NCBI GenBank assembly: GCA_044866005.1
Contig: JBIOTN010000111.1
Coordinates: forward strand, 1 to 25,754
Origin: Candidatus Rokuibacteriota bacterium
Lineage (GTDB): Bacteria > Methylomirabilota > Methylomirabilia > Rokubacteriales > DASRDR01
Length of the DNA stretch: 25,754 nt
Direction of reading: 5' to 3'
Within the stretch, counting starts at the first letter, position 1. Each line of letters begins with the position of its first letter. A model generated the notes under the pieces. It was not told the DNA's origin. It did no database searches and worked only from the letters and a program-made list of their open reading frames with translations. Made by a program: the position numbers and the translations under genes. Positions 23,886-25,754 of this stretch are shown one piece after another.

Positions 23886-25553
23886 ATGGGTGCCGCGTTG
23901 GTCATCCTTACCGTCCTGGTCACGTCGGCTAACTTCTCCTGGGCGCAAGAGCTGCAGACCGTCGGGCCGCTCCGGCCGGCGGCGCCGGCCGCGAGCGAGA
24001 CGTCGGCGAAGATCGTGTCCCGGCTGCGGGGGTTGATCCAGACGTTCCGGGGGGAAGGGTTCACTCGGGCCAACGCCGCGGCGCTGAACGCTTCCGCGCG
24101 GTTCTCCTCACCGCTTCTGCGGGTGGACAACGCCGGGAGAGTGCAAGCCTACGTCTCCGTCGCCGATACGAGCGCGCAGACCCTCGGGGCCCTCGGGCAG
24201 CTCGGGTTCGCCGTCGAGATCGTCAATCGCGACTTCGCGGTGGTCCAGGGCTGGATCGCGGTGGAGGACCTGGAGGCGCTGGCGGCGCAACCCGTCGTCA
24301 CGAAGATCCGGCCGCCAAGCTACGCCACGCCTCGGACGGGCTCGGTCACCAGCCAGGGAGACGGCATCCATCGCTGTAACAGGGCGCGCACGACCGGCGT
24401 CACGGGCGCCGGGATCACGGTCGGCGTCATCTCGGACGGCGTGGATGGCCTCGCCGCATCCCAGGCGACGGGGGACCTTCCCGCGACGGTCGATGTCCTC
24501 GCCGCGGGGGCCGGCGACGAGGGCACGGCGATGCTCGAGATCGTCCACGACTGCGCGCCGGGCGCGGCCCTGGCGTTCGCCGCGGCCGACACCTCGCTCG
24601 CATTCATCAACGCGGTCAACGACCTGGCGGCGGCCGGGGCCCAGGTCATCGTCGACGATCTCGGCTTCTACGCCGACGGGTACTTCGAGGATGACCTCAT
24701 CGCGCAGAACGATCGGACCGTCGGCGCCAGCGCCCTGCGCGTGTCGGCCGCGGGGAACGATCGCCGGGCGCATTACCAGGCGACGTTCAATCCCGGCCCG
24801 TTCGACGCCCAGGTCCCGGGCACCCGTCACAACTTCGGCGGGGGCGACACGCTCATGAGCTTCAGCGTCCGCGGCCAGACGTCGGCGACACTGTTCCTCC
24901 AGTGGGCGGATCCCCTCGGTGCGGCCGGGAACGACTACGACCTCTGCGTGCGGCAGAACGGCGTCCTCGTCGCCTGCTCCGCGGACGCCCAGGACGGGAA
25001 CGACGACCCGCTCGAGGTCCTACCGCTCTTCTGCCCCGCCCCTTTCGGCAGCCTGTGCGTGGCCGACATCCAGATCACGCTGTTTTCCGGCGCCGCGCGG
25101 CCTCTGGAGCTCTTCTGCATCCCGGCCAGCTGCTTGCTGAGGCAGTTCAACGTCCCGGGGGACGGCATCTTCGGGCACCCCGCGGTCGAGACGGTGCTCG
25201 CCGTGGCGGCGGCCAATGTCAAGAAGCCGAGCAAGATCGAGCCCTTCAGCTCGAAGGGGCCCTCCACGATCCTGTTCCCGGCGCCCGAGGTTCGCTCCAA
25301 GCCGGACATCACCGGCGTGGACTGCGTGGCGACGAGCCGGCCCGGCTTCAACCCGTTTTGCGGCACGTCGGCAGCCGCGCCCCACGTCGCGGCGATCGCG
25401 GCTCTGGCGCTGGCAAAAGATCCCAGCCTCACCCTCGAGGAACTGCGCGCCCTGCTGAAGACCACCGCGGTGAATTTGCTGCTGGCCGGCTTCGACGTCG
25501 ACTCGGGGTTCGGGCGCGCCGACGCGCTGAACGCCGTGTCGGCGCTCCCCTGA
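23886..25553 (+). CDS. Secreted subtilisin-like serine protease (S8/S53-like subgroup)
   Basis: Signal peptide and prodomain; VGVISDG (Asp), DEGTAMLEIVHD, SAAGN (oxyanion Asn), FSSKGP, KPDITG, FCGTSAAAPHVAAIAAL (catalytic Ser), GFGRADA. Confidence 0.88.
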   Translation: MGAALVILTVLVTSANFSWAQELQTVGPLRPAAPAASETSAKIVSRLRGLIQTFRGEGFTRANAAALNASARFSSPLLRVDNAGRVQAYVSVADTSAQTLGALGQLGFAVEIVNRDFAVVQGWIAVEDLEALAAQPVVTKIRPPSYATPRTGSVTSQGDGIHRCNRARTTGVTGAGITVGVISDGVDGLAASQATGDLPATVDVLAAGAGDEGTAMLEIVHDCAPGAALAFAAADTSLAFINAVNDLAAAGAQVIVDDLGFYADGYFEDDLIAQNDRTVGASALRVSAAGNDRRAHYQATFNPGPFDAQVPGTRHNFGGGDTLMSFSVRGQTSATLFLQWADPLGAAGNDYDLCVRQNGVLVACSADAQDGNDDPLEVLPLFCPAPFGSLCVADIQITLFSGAARPLELFCIPASCLLRQFNVPGDGIFGHPAVETVLAVAAANVKKPSKIEPFSSKGPSTILFPAPEVRSKPDITGVDCVATSRPGFNPFCGTSAAAPHVAAIAALALAKDPSLTLEELRALLKTTAVNLLLAGFDVDSGFGRADALNAVSALP

Positions 25554-25628
25554 TCCCCCGAAGCTCGCGGTCCGCGGCGCGCCGGGTCAAGCAACCAGCT
25601 GGCCGGGTGACCGCGGCCGGCTGACGGC

Positions 25629-25754
25629 TCAGGCGGCGAAGAGGGGAATCGGCAGGGGGTCCGCTGAGACGGGGCGCGCGCCGGCCGCGACCGCCAGGAT
25701 GTAGTCGGCGAAGCGCGCCGTCGGGTCGAACCCCAGGAGCGCCGGGGCGTCCGC
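25629..25754 (-). CDS. 3' end of a gene entering from beyond the window (ADAPALLGFDPTARFADYILAVAAGARPVSADPLPIPLFAA*)
   Basis: Open frame to TGA at 25631-25629 with GC-rich third positions; too short to assign a function. Confidence 0.5.
   Translation of the reverse strand, partial: ADAPALLGFDPTARFADYILAVAAGARPVSADPLPIPLFAA

Noticed and set aside
1..25754. CRISPR arrays, tRNA/rRNA genes, transposases, integrases, prophage genes
   Set aside because: No regularly spaced repeats, RNA gene signatures or mobile-element protein motifs were seen by eye.

Overview
Very GC-rich bacterial DNA. Gene content and style resemble Ca. Rokubacteria/Methylomirabilota, but that is an impression, not a tested assignment. 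The left half (1-14.2 kb) is a hopanoid biosynthesis cluster. On the minus strand lie a CruF/DUF422-like membrane protein, hpnH, a small hypothetical, an hpnG-like phosphorylase, an Omp85-type barrel, hpnA, a MORN-variant protein, hpnD and two Zn-dependent dehydrogenases. Divergent from these are shc, mlaE-mlaF-mlaD and a LicC-like cytidylyltransferase. The middle holds a lytic transglycosylase and an apparently damaged LysR / class-III aminotransferase / phosphonoacetate-hydrolase-like module, followed by a flippase-like membrane protein, an SDR, a PQQ sugar dehydrogenase and small hypotheticals. The most striking element is at 21.1-23.7 kb. An ECF sigma factor is translationally coupled to a three-domain protein: zinc anti-sigma finger, O6-alkylguanine methyltransferase and Ada-type Cys4 domain. 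Three copies of one bipartite promoter-like motif (TTTCAC-N13-CGGKGTYTMA) accompany it, suggesting a candidate alkylation-sensing sigma/anti-sigma 'adaptive response'. The window ends with an S8/S53-like protease and a partial gene. All calls were made by eye from motifs; no database searches were run.
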